64,000 nt of DNA from an uncultured Actinomycetota bacterium (GCA_963812555.1 CAWEVP010000004.1:163736-227735), one strand, 5' to 3'; counted from the stretch's first letter, positions 39,870-49,616 are shown. Made by a program: numbers and translations. The notes: generated by a model from the letters alone, not told the origin.

Positions 39870-41371
39870 TGGACGAGGTCAAGCTTCCGCGTCTCGGCCA
39901 GGGAATGGAGAGCGGCACCATCGTCCGCTGGCTGAAGGCCAAGGGCGACAAGGTCGAGAAAGGCGAACCTCTCTTCGAGGTCGACACCGACAAGGCGACC
40001 CAGGAGGTCGAGGCGGAGACGAGCGGCGTGCTGCTCGAGATCGCCGTCGAATCGGGTGAGGTGCCCGTTGGGGATGTCGTCGCGCTGATCGGCAAGCCGG
40101 GCGAGTCTGCGCCGAGCTCGGGCAGCGACGAAGACGAAGCGGGCGACAAGGCCGAGTCGCCGGCGCCCGCGCTTGAGAAACCCGTCCCGGCGGCGGCCCC
40201 GGCACAGGAGAACAGCTTCCGGGCCGTTATCAACGGCGTGCGCGGCACGAGCCCGGGTCGCGCGAAGGCCTCGCCGCTTGCCCGCCGGATGGCGCGCGAG
40301 CGCGGGATCGATCTCGGCACCCTCACGGGGACCGGCCCGGAAGGCCGGATCGTCGCGGAGGACGTCGAGCGCGGCGAGGCCGGGACTCCGGCCCCGCTCC
40401 CGGTCCTGGACGATGTCGCGCCTATCGAAGCGGTCTCGGTCCCGGTCGAGGAACCTGCCGTGGCCCCGGTCGAGGCAGTGGCCGCCGTCGAGGCAGTGGC
40501 CCCCGTCGAGGCAGAGGCCCCCCTCGAGGCAGAGGCCCCCGTCGAAGAAGCCGCGCCGCCCGCCGAGGAGACGGTGGAGGCGCCCGTTGCCGTCGAGGAG
40601 CCCGTCGCGACGCTCGAGCCGGCCGCACCGGCCGAGCCCGCAACCCCTGCGCCGTCCCCGGTTGCGCCACCCGCACTCGACGCCGGCGAGGCCGGCGAGG
40701 TGGAGTCGATCCCGCTGACGATGACCCGCAGGACGATCGCCCGCCGCCTGACCGAGGCGTGGGCGGTGCCTGTCTTCCAGCTTACGGTGTCGGTGGAGAT
40801 GACACATGCGAACGAGCTGATCGCGCGCTCGCGCGCTCTCAACCCGGACGTGCGCGTGACCGTTACCGACCTGATCGCAAAGGTCTGCGCCCGGTCGCTG
40901 ATGCGGCATCCCGACGTCAACGTCCAGTTCACCGAGAAGGCGATCCTTCGCTTCCCGTCGGCTCACATCGGCCTCGCGGTCGCCGCTCCGAAGGGGCTCG
41001 TCGTCCCCGTGGTTCGCTCGGTCGAGCGGCTGTCGCTCGTCGAAGTCGCACGTCGGCGCGACGAGCTCGTCAACCGTGCCAAGGACGGAGCGCTCGAGCG
41101 CTCCGACCTCGAGGGCGGCACCTTCACGATCTCGAACCTCGGCATGTTCGGCATCGAGAGCTTCTCGGCCGTGCTCAACCCTCCGCAGGCAGCGATCCTG
41201 GCCGTCGGTGCCACCGCCGACCGCCCCGTGGCGCAGGATGGTCAGGTCGTGGTGTCGCCGATGATGACCGTGACCCTCACAGTCGACCATCGCGCCGTCG
41301 ACGGCGCGCCTGCCGCGGACTTCCTGCGGACGGTCAAGACCTTCCTCGAGGATCCGGCCCTCGCGCTGTGA
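39869..41371 (+). CDS. dihydrolipoamide acyltransferase (E2)
   Basis: The ATG overlaps the E1b stop. Lipoyl domain (LFEVDTDKATQEVEA), PSBD (ASPLARRMARERGIDL), repeat-built Ala/Pro/Glu linker, and catalytic DHRAVDGA motif. Confidence 0.92.
   Translation: MDEVKLPRLGQGMESGTIVRWLKAKGDKVEKGEPLFEVDTDKATQEVEAETSGVLLEIAVESGEVPVGDVVALIGKPGESAPSSGSDEDEAGDKAESPAPALEKPVPAAAPAQENSFRAVINGVRGTSPGRAKASPLARRMARERGIDLGTLTGTGPEGRIVAEDVERGEAGTPAPLPVLDDVAPIEAVSVPVEEPAVAPVEAVAAVEAVAPVEAEAPLEAEAPVEEAAPPAEETVEAPVAVEEPVATLEPAAPAEPATPAPSPVAPPALDAGEAGEVESIPLTMTRRTIARRLTEAWAVPVFQLTVSVEMTHANELIARSRALNPDVRVTVTDLIAKVCARSLMRHPDVNVQFTEKAILRFPSAHIGLAVAAPKGLVVPVVRSVERLSLVEVARRRDELVNRAKDGALERSDLEGGTFTISNLGMFGIESFSAVLNPPQAAILAVGATADRPVAQDGQVVVSPMMTVTLTVDHRAVDGAPAADFLRTVKTFLEDPALAL
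40469..40558 (+). repeat. 5 x 18-bp in-frame tandem repeat in the E2 linker
   Basis: GTCGAGGCAGTGGCCGCC-like units at 40469, 40487, 40505, 40523 and 40541, encoding VEAVAA VEAVAP VEAEAP LEAEAP VEEAAP. Confidence 0.85.
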
Positions 41372-41841
41372 GCGTGGACACCCTCGTCATCAGGCGTGGT
41401 GACCGGCTAGACGTTCCCTTTCTTCGATCGTTGCTCGGATTTGCCTACAACTGGCATGTCCAGGCCTTCGACACCGACATCGCCATCTCGCGCTACGTCG
41501 ACGGCTGGGGGCGCACGGGCGACACGGCGCTGATCGCGATGGACGCCGGCCACCCGGTGGGTGCGGCCTGGTACCGCCTCTTCTCGGAGACGCTTCAGGG
41601 CTACGGGTTCCTCGACGCCGAGACACCCGAGATCACGATCGTGGTCGTGCCGACGAAGCAGGGCCAGGGAATCGGGCAGAAGCTCCTCGGGGCGCTACTC
41701 GAGCGGGCGAGGGCCGCGGGCTACGGCGCAGTGTCCGTCTCGGTGCGTCGCGACGACACCGATGCCTCGAACTACCTGGGGCAGGGGTTCGAGCAGGTGC
41801 GCGAGGACGGCGAGACGCTCACGCTTCGCTACCCGCTGTAG
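41368..41841 (+). CDS. GNAT-family N-acetyltransferase
   Basis: The GTG overlaps the E2 stop. VVVPTKQGQGIGQKLLGALLERARAAGY is the acetyl-CoA binding motif A. Confidence 0.75.
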   Translation: MSVDTLVIRRGDRLDVPFLRSLLGFAYNWHVQAFDTDIAISRYVDGWGRTGDTALIAMDAGHPVGAAWYRLFSETLQGYGFLDAETPEITIVVVPTKQGQGIGQKLLGALLERARAAGYGAVSVSVRRDDTDASNYLGQGFEQVREDGETLTLRYPL

Positions 41842-42439
41842 CCGCACGGATCCACGGCTGAAGCTCGGTGACGAACGCCGGGTCGATCGAGTGGTCCATC
41901 GGCGACTCACGGTAGAGGGGCTCGGCGCCGGCCTCCCGCAGGTCGGCCAACGAGCGGTGGGCGAACTCGACCGGGATCACCGGGTCGTAGGTGCCGTGCC
42001 CGATCGCGATCGGCGGGAACGGCCTCGAACCGTCGAGGCGCCAGCCCTCGACATACGGCACGAAGCCCGAGAAGCACACAAGCGCGGCCGGGCGCGGCCT
42101 GCCTTCGCCGAGCCCGACGGCAAAGCTCATGACGGCGCCCTGAGAGAAGCCACCAAGCACGACCCGGTCGTGCGGGAGCGAGTCGACGAACTCGGAGAGC
42201 GCCGAGTAGCCCTCGGCAAAGGTCGCCGCGTCGGGGAAGCCGACGCGCGGCACCGCGTACCAGTGCGCCCCGCCCGGCGGAAGCGACAGAGGCCCGCGTG
42301 GGCAGTAGCCGTGCAACCGGCGCTCCGGGTCGAGCGCATCGAGCAGCCCCACGAGGTCGTGCTCGTTCGAGCCTCGCCCGTGGACGAGCACCAGTGCCCC
42401 GGCCGGGGCGCCCTCGGCCGGCCGCTCGGCGTAGATCAC
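41819..42439 (-). CDS. phospholipase/carboxylesterase-family alpha/beta hydrolase
   Basis: [14 protein letters not shown]...[11 protein letters not shown] (GxSxG)...[10 protein letters not shown]...DHSI catalytic triad pattern. Confidence 0.8.
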   Translation of the reverse strand: MIYAERPAEGAPAGALVLVHGRGSNEHDLVGLLDALDPERRLHGYCPRGPLSLPPGGAHWYAVPRVGFPDAATFAEGYSALSEFVDSLPHDRVVLGGFSQGAVMSFAVGLGEGRPRPAALVCFSGFVPYVEGWRLDGSRPFPPIAIGHGTYDPVIPVEFAHRSLADLREAGAEPLYRESPMDHSIDPAFVTELQPWIRAATAGSEA

Positions 42440-43328
42440 GCGGTGACTGCCCGGGGATTCGGCAGCGGCGTGAGCCGCGGCTCGACCTGGTCGCGGAGGT
42501 GCTCGAAGTTCGGCGGCAGCGAGAGGCGCTGGCCCAGGGTCTCGAGCGGCTCGTCCGTGGTGAAGCCGGGGCCGATCGTCGCGATCTCGAAGAGGACGCC
42601 GCTCGGCTCACGGAAATAGATCGAGCGAAAGTAGAAGCGGTCGATCACCGGCGTCGGCCTGCCGCCGAGAGATTGCACCCGGTCACGCCACGCCTCGTGC
42701 TCAGCCGGCGGCGAGGCCCAGGCAACGTGATGGACCGTTCCGGCGCCCGACAGGCCGTGCGCGGAGGGCGCCTCGTCGTAGACGTAGGTGCCGCCGCGTG
42801 TCTCGCCGCGGGTCTCCCAGCCTTCGGTGAATCCGAGGCCGGCCAGAAACGAGGCGCTCCGGTCGGGGTGCGACGTGTAGGCCCGTACGCCTGCGAAGCC
42901 CCTCAGGGCCAGCTCGGGCGGAATCTCGGGATGCGCCGCGACGAGAGGCTCGTCGCCCGACTCGTCGATCACGAGCTCGAGCGCGAGGCCGTCCGGGTCG
43001 TGGATGAGGACCGAGCCGGCCCGGCGCTCGCCCGCCAGCGCGATCGGCCCAGAAGTCGAGCGCCTCGTCGGAGCCGACCCGGAAGAGCGACACGGTGCAC
43101 CATCCCGTCTCCCGCGCGTCCGCGGGGCGCGCCCGGGTACTCGAAGAAGGTGATGTCTGCCCCGGCGCTCCCCTTCTCGTCTGCGTAGAACAGGTGGTAG
43201 ACGGTCGGGTCGTCCTGATTGACCGTCTTCTTCACGAGCCGGAGGCCGAGCGTGCCCGAGTAGAACTCGACATTCGCCGGTGCATCGCCGGTGATCGCCG
43301 TGATGTGATGAACACCCTCGAGCTTCAT
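42436..43328 (-). pseudogene. VOC/glyoxalase-family ring-cleaving dioxygenase, two frame breaks as sequenced
   Basis: [50 protein letters not shown]..., then [13 protein letters not shown], then [16 protein letters not shown]...VHHVAW...[20 protein letters not shown] lie in three frames. The breaks are near 43090 and 43045. ATGA coupling to the esterase gene. Confidence 0.78.
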
Positions 43329-43432
43329 GGTCGAGCTCCATTCTGCCCGGAACCTGCTGCGGCTGGGGGCCCGGCGACCTCGCTCCCGACCGTTGGCGCG
43401 GCTCCGATCGGGGTGGACTACCATCGATCGAG

Positions 43433-44860
43433 ATGGGAGCGAACGGGATGGAATGCGACGTTGCCGTCCTCGGCGGCGGCCCGGGCGGGTATACGGCGGC
43501 GCTGCGGGCGGCGCAGCTCGGAGCGCCGGGTCGATCTGCGTCGAGCAGGAGCCCGCGCTCGGCGGCACGTGCCTGCGGGTCGGCTGCATCCCCACGAAGG
43601 CGTGGGTGCAGACGGCGCACTTCCTCCACCAGGCCCGCGACTCGTACGCGAAGCTCGGAGTCCGCATCGGCGAGCCCGAGCTCGACCTCGACGCCGCCAA
43701 CGAATGGAAGGCCGCCGTCGTCACGCAGATGACCGGCGGGGTCGCATCCCTCTTCAAGGCCGCCGGCGTCGAGTGGGTGCGGGGCAAGGGATCCTTCTCG
43801 GACGCCCACACGCTTTCCGTGGAAGGCGAGGACGGTCTCCAGGAGATCGGCTTCGCGCTCCGCGATCGTCGCCACCGGGTCGTTCCCGATGCGGCCGCCG
43901 ATCCCCGGCCTCGACTCGCCGCGCTGCGTCGACTCGACCGGCCTGCTCGCCCAGACGCAGGTGCCTCGCCGCCTCGCGATCCTCGGCGGCGGGATCATCG
44001 GGTGCGAGTTCGCGTCGATCTTTCGCGCGTTCGGGAGCGAGGTCACGATCGTCGAGATGCTCGACCGGCTCATTCCGCAGGAGGACGAGGATGCGGCGAA
44101 GGAGCTCGCGAAGGCCTTCCGCAAGCAAGGCATCGCCGTCGAGCTCGGGAAGCAGTGCACCGAGGTCGAGGATGACGGAGGGATGTTGACCGTTCATTTC
44201 GGGGAAGGCGAGACGTTCGAGGCCGACCTGATGCTCGTTGCGGTCGGCCGGGCACCACTCGTCTCGGGGATCGGGCTCGAGGCGGCAGGTGTTGCCTTCG
44301 ACGTCCGCAAAGGGGTCGAGACCGATGCCCATCGCCGGACGTCGACGCCGCATATCTATGCGGTGGGAGACTGCGCGGGCTACTGGCAGCTTGCGCACAC
44401 GGCGTTCCGCGAGGGCGAGGTCGCGGCCGAGAACGCCTGCGGGCACGACGCTCTCGTCGACAATCGCGCCGTTCCGCGGCCGATCTACACCAATCCGGAG
44501 ATCGCGGGTGTCGGCCTCACCGAGGCGCAGGCGCGCGAGCAGTACGGCGAGGCCGTGGCGGTGGGGCAATTTCCCTGGGTCGCGAACGCGCGCGCAGTGA
44601 TGCAGAACGAGACCGCCGGCTGGGTGAAGTCGATCCACGAGACCCGGTACGGGGAGCTGCTCGGCCTGATCATCGTCGGTGCGCACGCAACCGACCTGAT
44701 CGAGGCCGGAGTGGTGGCAATCGATGCGGAGGCGACCGTCGAGGTGGTGGCCGACGGAATGGCGGCGCACCCGACCCTCTCGGAGGCGATCAAGGAGGCG
44801 GGGCTCGTCGCGCTCGGGCGCCCGATCCATCTTCCCGTCCGCAAGAAAGCCCGCGCCTGA
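43433..44860 (+). pseudogene. lpdA: dihydrolipoyl dehydrogenase (E3), three frame breaks as sequenced
   Basis: [23 protein letters not shown] | RVD | [23 protein letters not shown] (redox CxxxxC)... | [19 protein letters not shown]...[10 protein letters not shown]...HIYAVGDC...AHPTLSEA. The breaks are near 43522, 43533 and 43858. Confidence 0.85.
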
Positions 44861-44897
44861 GCCACCCCGGGCGCGAGTCGGCGCGAGAATGAGTGCG

Positions 44898-44975
44898 CCC
44901 GGCACTGAATCCAGGCCGGCCCTCGATCAAGCCCGGCCCTGAATCAAGTCCGGCCCGCCCTGGGTCAGGCCCGGC
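44898..44975. repeat. tandem array E: ~4-5 degenerate units of ~17 bp (CAAGCCCGGCCCTGAAT)
   Basis: The units start near 44898, 44911, 44928, 44945 and 44966. The array fills the convergent spacer between the lpdA stop and the stop of the 44965..46653 gene. Confidence 0.7.
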
Positions 44976-46653
44976 AGGGGGCGCCGGCCGCGAGCTCGTA
45001 GAGCACGACCCCACCGACTCTCCGCGGAGACGCAAGCCGGTCGAGCGCGCCGGCGAACACCTTCGCGTACTTCGGCTCGATGACGATGGCGGTCACGTGA
45101 TGAGCCTCCGTGAAGGCCCGGATCGTGGCCGCCTGGCGCGGGCCGAGACGAAGGCCGGGAGTGGCCGTCGTCAGCCCGGGAGTGGCGAGAAAGGCAGGCG
45201 GGATGTACCACTCGCCGAGCCAGCCACCCGCCAGGCGGAAGCGAAAGTGCTCCTCTGCCTGCCAGAGGTCGTCGTCGCTCTGGATGATCGGCAGCGTGAG
45301 GACGTTCGCCTTCGAGTCGAGGCAGCGGCGGTAAGCGCTCGAGGTGATCAGCGCCGGGAGGCGGTAGCCGGTGGCCCAGACGTCGGTTGTGAGCGCCGGG
45401 AGGATCGCGAGCACGGCGAGCGCGGGTAGCGCCACCCGCAGCATCCCGGGGCGAGCCGACGAGAGCCACATTGCAGTTGCCACCGCCGCGACGAGGGCGA
45501 CGTACACGGCGAAGCGCGCGGTGAGCACGTCGTCGAAGCCGGGGAGGTTGTGCACGATCGCCCAGGGCAGGATGCCGATCCGGGTGCCGTCGACCGTGAG
45601 GAACGGCCCGAGCGCGAAGATCACCGCGGCGACGAACGCCGCCAGCACGAACCGGCCTCCGGTCGTCCGGCCGAACGAGCGTGCGAAGAGGCCGACGATC
45701 AGGAGGGCGGGCAGCCCCAGGTAGGCCTCGTCTCCTGCGACGTGTGCGGTGTCGCGGTAGAGCGAGCCGAAGAGGAAGTTCGACTCGTTCGCGGGGAGCA
45801 CGAAGCTGAGCAGGTCGGAGTAGAACGCGTCCTGCGGGTACGGCGGCCCCGAGTGGAAGCCGCGCAGGGCGTAGTAGAGAAACGGAGAGGTGACGACGAC
45901 GGCGATCCCGTAGGCGAGGGCCAGCGGCGGAAGCAGCGAGGCGATCTGCCGCCGCTTCGGCCGGGCGAGCAGGAAGCCGAGCACGAGCCCGACCGCAAGG
46001 GCGATCGTCAGCGTGGTCGCGATCTCGGTGGAAAGGAGGATCTGGAGCGTGAGAAGTGGGCCGAGGCGGGCAAGGAGCCGGCGCCGGTCGAGCTCGCCGT
46101 TCACGTAACGCAGCACGAGGAGGGCAGCCAGAGGCAGCAGGAACACGGAGGTGAGGTGGAGATGGCCGCCGGCGTCGTGGGTCAGCTCGTAGCTCGAGAA
46201 GCCGAACAGGTACCCGCCCAGGAGGGATCCGCCGACCGATCCGGTCAGGTACCGGCAGAGCAGAAACGCCGTCCACGCCGCGAGGGCCGGCAGGGCGAGC
46301 GCGGCGGTGTTGAAAGCCGCAACGGGACCCGCGAGCAGGGTGATCGGCGAGACGAGCGCCGCGACCGCAGGCACCGAGCTCGTCCACATGATGTTCGCGC
46401 CGCCGGGAGCCCAGATCGCGTGGCTCACGAATGGGTTCTGGCCGTGAAGGATCGCGTGGGGCCACCAGGCGAGCGCCCAGATGAAGAGCTCCGGGTCGGC
46501 GCCCTGGCCCGAGTACCTCGGGCCCGAGGTCTCGAGCAGCGGGAGGCCGAGGAAGAGAAACGAGATGACGCCGTAGAGCCCGAGCGCTGCCAGCTCGGCT
46601 CGGCGGCGTGACAGGAGCACGAGCACGGCCTGCGGGCGCGGCATGCGACGCAA
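44965..46653 (-). CDS. large polytopic membrane protein, possibly GT-C-type glycosyltransferase-like
   Basis: 562-aa intact ORF with more than 10 hydrophobic segments and a soluble C-terminal domain. The family assignment is a guess from architecture only. Confidence 0.6.
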   Translation of the reverse strand: MRRMPRPQAVLVLLSRRRAELAALGLYGVISFLFLGLPLLETSGPRYSGQGADPELFIWALAWWPHAILHGQNPFVSHAIWAPGGANIMWTSSVPAVAALVSPITLLAGPVAAFNTAALALPALAAWTAFLLCRYLTGSVGGSLLGGYLFGFSSYELTHDAGGHLHLTSVFLLPLAALLVLRYVNGELDRRRLLARLGPLLTLQILLSTEIATTLTIALAVGLVLGFLLARPKRRQIASLLPPLALAYGIAVVVTSPFLYYALRGFHSGPPYPQDAFYSDLLSFVLPANESNFLFGSLYRDTAHVAGDEAYLGLPALLIVGLFARSFGRTTGGRFVLAAFVAAVIFALGPFLTVDGTRIGILPWAIVHNLPGFDDVLTARFAVYVALVAAVATAMWLSSARPGMLRVALPALAVLAILPALTTDVWATGYRLPALITSSAYRRCLDSKANVLTLPIIQSDDDLWQAEEHFRFRLAGGWLGEWYIPPAFLATPGLTTATPGLRLGPRQAATIRAFTEAHHVTAIVIEPKYAKVFAGALDRLASPRRVGGVVLYELAAGAPCRA

Positions 46654-46705
46654 TCGTAGTGGGGGCGGCGGAGCGCCCCGGACTCAGCCGCGCAGAACCC
46701 GTCTC

Positions 46706-47014
46706 TTACGGGTCTGCGTGCACGCCGAGCGTGGACACGACGATGCGGGTTGGCGGTTCGTCCTGGTTCAAGAAGGCATCGACTGCGGTTGCCCCTCGAG
46801 ACCTGATCGCGTTCCGGGCGCCGGCCGGAAGGTCGGTGACGACGAAGGGGCCGCGGCTGACCTCCACCCGGATCTGGCGCGCATCGGATCCGTCACGCTT
46901 GATCTCCCACACCCACCCGACTTGGAACTCGGCTCCGCCCGGGGTCGGGCCGAAGACTGTCGCGACGCCTGTACGGGTCCATTTCGGCATCCCTCTCGGC
47001 TTACCCGGCTTCAT
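46706..47014 (-). CDS. hypothetical protein (102 aa)
   Basis: ORF MKPGKPRGMPKWTRTGV...EIKRDGSDARQIRVEVS.... A hairpin ACCCGT-ctctt-ACGGGT spans its stop. No family was recognised. Confidence 0.4.
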   Translation of the reverse strand: MKPGKPRGMPKWTRTGVATVFGPTPGGAEFQVGWVWEIKRDGSDARQIRVEVSRGPFVVTDLPAGARNAIRSRGATAVDAFLNQDEPPTRIVVSTLGVHADP

Positions 47015-47292
47015 GGCTGCGGCATGCGCGGTGCCGGCAGCGCCGGTCGATCATTGTCCGGGCGTTCATGGCGGGGTCGCGGTCGTGACCGTGATCACCT
47101 CCTCGGCGAGCTGTTCGAGCTCGAAGCCGAAGCTGACCGTCTGTGCTTTTTCTCTCTGCAGCAGGTACATCCGTCCTTGCGGGACAAGCTGTCGAAGCCG
47201 GACAGCTGCCCCTGCGGCTGCCGCTGCGGCCTGGTCGGCGTAGGCGACGTCCGCGGGATTGGCGAACAGGATTCGGATGACCGACCGGCGAA

Positions 47293-47562
47293 TCAGGTGT
47301 TTCTCGCCCGCCAGACGATTCGACCTCGGGTCAGGTCGTAGGGTGAGAGCTGTACCCGGACTTGGTCGCCGACCACGATGCGGATGCGGAACTTGCGCAT
47401 CTTCCCGGCCATGTAGGCGAGGACTTCGTGGTCACCGCCGTCGATCGCGACCTTGTACATACCGCTTCGGAACGCTTCGACGACTTCGCCGTCCATTTCG
47501 AGGGTCTCTTCTTTGACAGCGATGGCGCCTCCATTCGGACGTAGAGAGCGGGTGGCGGGCAC
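47293..47562 (-). CDS. infA: translation initiation factor IF-1
   Basis: LEMDGEVVEAFRSGMYKVAIDGGDHEVLAYMAGKMRKFRIRIVVGDQVRVQLSPYDLTRGRIVWR is an S1-like IF-1 signature. The true start is probably downstream of 47562. Confidence 0.88.
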   Translation of the reverse strand: MPATRSLRPNGGAIAVKEETLEMDGEVVEAFRSGMYKVAIDGGDHEVLAYMAGKMRKFRIRIVVGDQVRVQLSPYDLTRGRIVWRARNT

Positions 47563-47601
47563 GGCGGCAGAGCCGCAGCGTGCCCGCCTCGTACGCGAGA
47601 G

Positions 47602-47805
47602 CTACACGACAGTGACGGACCTAGCTTGCGGGCCCTTCGGGCCGTCTTCGGTCTCGAACTCCACATTCGCGCCTTCGGGAAGCGACTTGAAGCCGTCCCC
47701 GGAGACAGCGCTGAAGTGAACGAACACGTCCTTGCTGCCGTCGCTCGGGGTGATGAAGCCGAACCCCTTCGCGTCGTTGAACCATTTCACGGTTCCGGTT
47801 GCCAT
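47602..47805 (-). CDS. cold-shock protein (CspA family)
   Basis: [34 protein letters not shown] carries the RNP1/RNP2 motifs. 67 aa. Confidence 0.95.
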   Translation of the reverse strand: MATGTVKWFNDAKGFGFITPSDGSKDVFVHFSAVSGDGFKSLPEGANVEFETEDGPKGPQARSVTVV

Positions 47806-47900
47806 ATAAAACACCTCCTCTGCCAAAAGAAAGAACGGGCAGAGGAAGCGCACTGTGCGCAACCGACACTCGCTCAGATAACAGCGCCATTCTACCAGTT
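47806..47900 (-). promoter_or_regulatory. AT-rich csp 5' leader with an SD-overlapping hairpin
   Basis: On the mRNA: CCUCUGCC-13 nt-GGCAGAGG (47817-47845). The 3' arm runs directly into GAGGAGG upstream of the AUG. Confidence 0.4.
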
Positions 47901-47954
47901 CCGGGGAGAGAAACTCGGGCCGCAGGCGAAGTCGTATCTCCATGTGAGCAGCTG

Positions 47955-48353
47955 TCACGCCTCCAAGTGCGCGACGTTTTCGGGCGTCAACGAGTGCCTC
48001 ATCTTCACGGTCGTCCCGGATTCGTCGACGCAAAGCAGCACCTGATCGGTCAGCCCCCGGATGAGCTCGAGACCGCGCCGGGTGTCCTCGACCCGCCCCT
48101 GCGGAGTCGTCCACCGCCCGCGGTCCGTGACGTCGATTGTGATCCCGTCATCCCCGATCGAGGCCCGTACCTTGATCTCGTCTCGCGCCGCCGAATGCTG
48201 GACGGCATTTGCCACTGCCTCGTGCGCTGCGAGGACGAGCTCGGCAGCGAGCTCGTCCTGGACGTGACCTTCTTGCAGCCAGGTGCCGAAGCCTCGCCGG
48301 AAACCCGCTAGCTCCGACACCTCCGCGACCAGCGTCGCCCGGAACGGCGTCAT
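47955..48353 (-). CDS. anti-sigma regulatory factor / HATPase_c-like Ser kinase (RsbW/SpoIIAB-like)
   Basis: [17 protein letters not shown] (N-box-like)...[11 protein letters not shown]...[11 protein letters not shown]. The start was chosen at MTPFRATL and could be further upstream. Confidence 0.65.
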   Translation of the reverse strand: MTPFRATLVAEVSELAGFRRGFGTWLQEGHVQDELAAELVLAAHEAVANAVQHSAARDEIKVRASIGDDGITIDVTDRGRWTTPQGRVEDTRRGLELIRGLTDQVLLCVDESGTTVKMRHSLTPENVAHLEA

Positions 48354-48447
48354 AGCTCGGTCTTCCCGCCTGCGGGAGACCGGAAACCACTCTCGGAGCA
48401 GGTTCCGAAGCGACCGCTCCTCCGCGGCCTCCGCCGGCTCGAGGTCG

Positions 48448-49206
48448 TTAGCGGAGCGAGAACCAGACGCGCTGTGTCGGCGGGCGAAAGCCGGGTGCGT
48501 CGGGCGGATAGGCATAGAGCTCGAGGGTGGCGGCATCCCTGGAGGCGATCAGGAAGCAGAGCGTGCCCACGGTGGACTTCCCAAACCGGATCGTCGCGAG
48601 GCCGCGGGCCGGGAAGTTCAGCTTGTCGGGCGGGTTGCATTGCACGTCCGCGCTGTAGTAGCCGTGGTGGATGCCGCCCGCGTCGATCGCATCGATCGCC
48701 GTCAGGACCTTGTCCGGCTTCCGTCCGACGTACCGGAGCTTCACCCGGACGAGATAGTTCTCCGTACCCGGCGGCAGCAGCGGCTGGCGGCCGAGGCCCA
48801 GATACTCCTGGCTCACATTGGGCTGCGTCGCGACGACCTCGAGGCGCCAGCGTGTGCCGATCGCCACCATCTTCCCGGCGGGGATAGGCCTTGCACGGCT
48901 ACCGAGCGCTGGACGGGCATGAGAGCTGTGGCGGCGTACTGCCGCTGCGCTTGCCTTCGTTGTCGCCGGTGTCGAGTTGACGGCGGCGCGCAGCTCGACG
49001 AAGCCGCCGTAGAGAGCACCGGCGGCAACGGCCGTCCAGACGATCCGCCTCAGCCAGGCCCAGGGAGGCTTCCACCGCTTGCGTGGCAGCGACGAGGCCT
49101 CGTCGAGGCAGCCGTAGGAGCAGTAACGCGCCCGTCCGCGACGATACGGATCGCTGACAGCGGGAAGGTCGCGACCGCAGTGCGAGCATTCATCACGCGT
49201 GGGCAT
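48448..49206 (-). CDS. zinc-ribbon / single-TM / DUF4352-like extracytoplasmic domain protein
   Basis: CSHCGRDL...YCSYGC N-terminus, TM segment IVWTAVAAGALYGGFV, and a beta-rich C-terminal domain (YLVRVKLRYVGRKPD). Confidence 0.6.
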   Translation of the reverse strand: MPTRDECSHCGRDLPAVSDPYRRGRARYCSYGCLDEASSLPRKRWKPPWAWLRRIVWTAVAAGALYGGFVELRAAVNSTPATTKASAAAVRRHSSHARPALGSRARPIPAGKMVAIGTRWRLEVVATQPNVSQEYLGLGRQPLLPPGTENYLVRVKLRYVGRKPDKVLTAIDAIDAGGIHHGYYSADVQCNPPDKLNFPARGLATIRFGKSTVGTLCFLIASRDAATLELYAYPPDAPGFRPPTQRVWFSLR

Positions 49207-49325
49207 GGGGCCATATCATCGTGCAAGCGGGAGCGAAAGGGGGCTCGAGTTTCCGGAGGTTCTCCCACGGCCTCCGCGACGGCCGTCACTCGACCGCCGT
49301 CAGGCCTGGCGGGTCCGGGCGCCGG

Positions 49326-49532
49326 TCAGTCGGCGGGCCAGACCATGACGTCGGCCATCTCGCCGCTTTCGGGCTGTTCCAGCGGCGCCTGGCTCACCTG
49401 CCAGCGCTTGCCCCCGTGCTCGACGACGTCTCCGACCTCGAGGAGCCGGTCACCGGTGTCGATGTGGGCGGTCGGCGTGTTCTCGAGCGCGAGGTCAGGA
49501 GGGGTCGGGAAGAGGAGACGGTAGTAGGGCAT
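49326..49532 (-). CDS. small hypothetical protein (68 aa)
   Basis: ORF MPYYRLLFPTPPDLALENTPTAHIDTGDRLLEVGDVVEHGGKRWQV.... No family was recognised. Confidence 0.35.
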   Translation of the reverse strand: MPYYRLLFPTPPDLALENTPTAHIDTGDRLLEVGDVVEHGGKRWQVSQAPLEQPESGEMADVMVWPAD

Positions 49533-49616
49533 CGCCTCAGAGTACTCCGCAGCCGGGGCGCCCGAGCACCAGCGCTTCGACGTCGGGCTGCGAACCCGCG
49601 CCCGTAGGATCGGCGG

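Noticed and set aside
37825-44860. E1a-E1b-E2 ... lpdA as an unusual split operon interrupted by GNAT, esterase and dioxygenase genes
   Set aside because: lpdA is frequently unlinked or loosely linked to E1/E2 genes. The intervening genes are on mixed strands, and nothing in the sequence indicates a functional unit.
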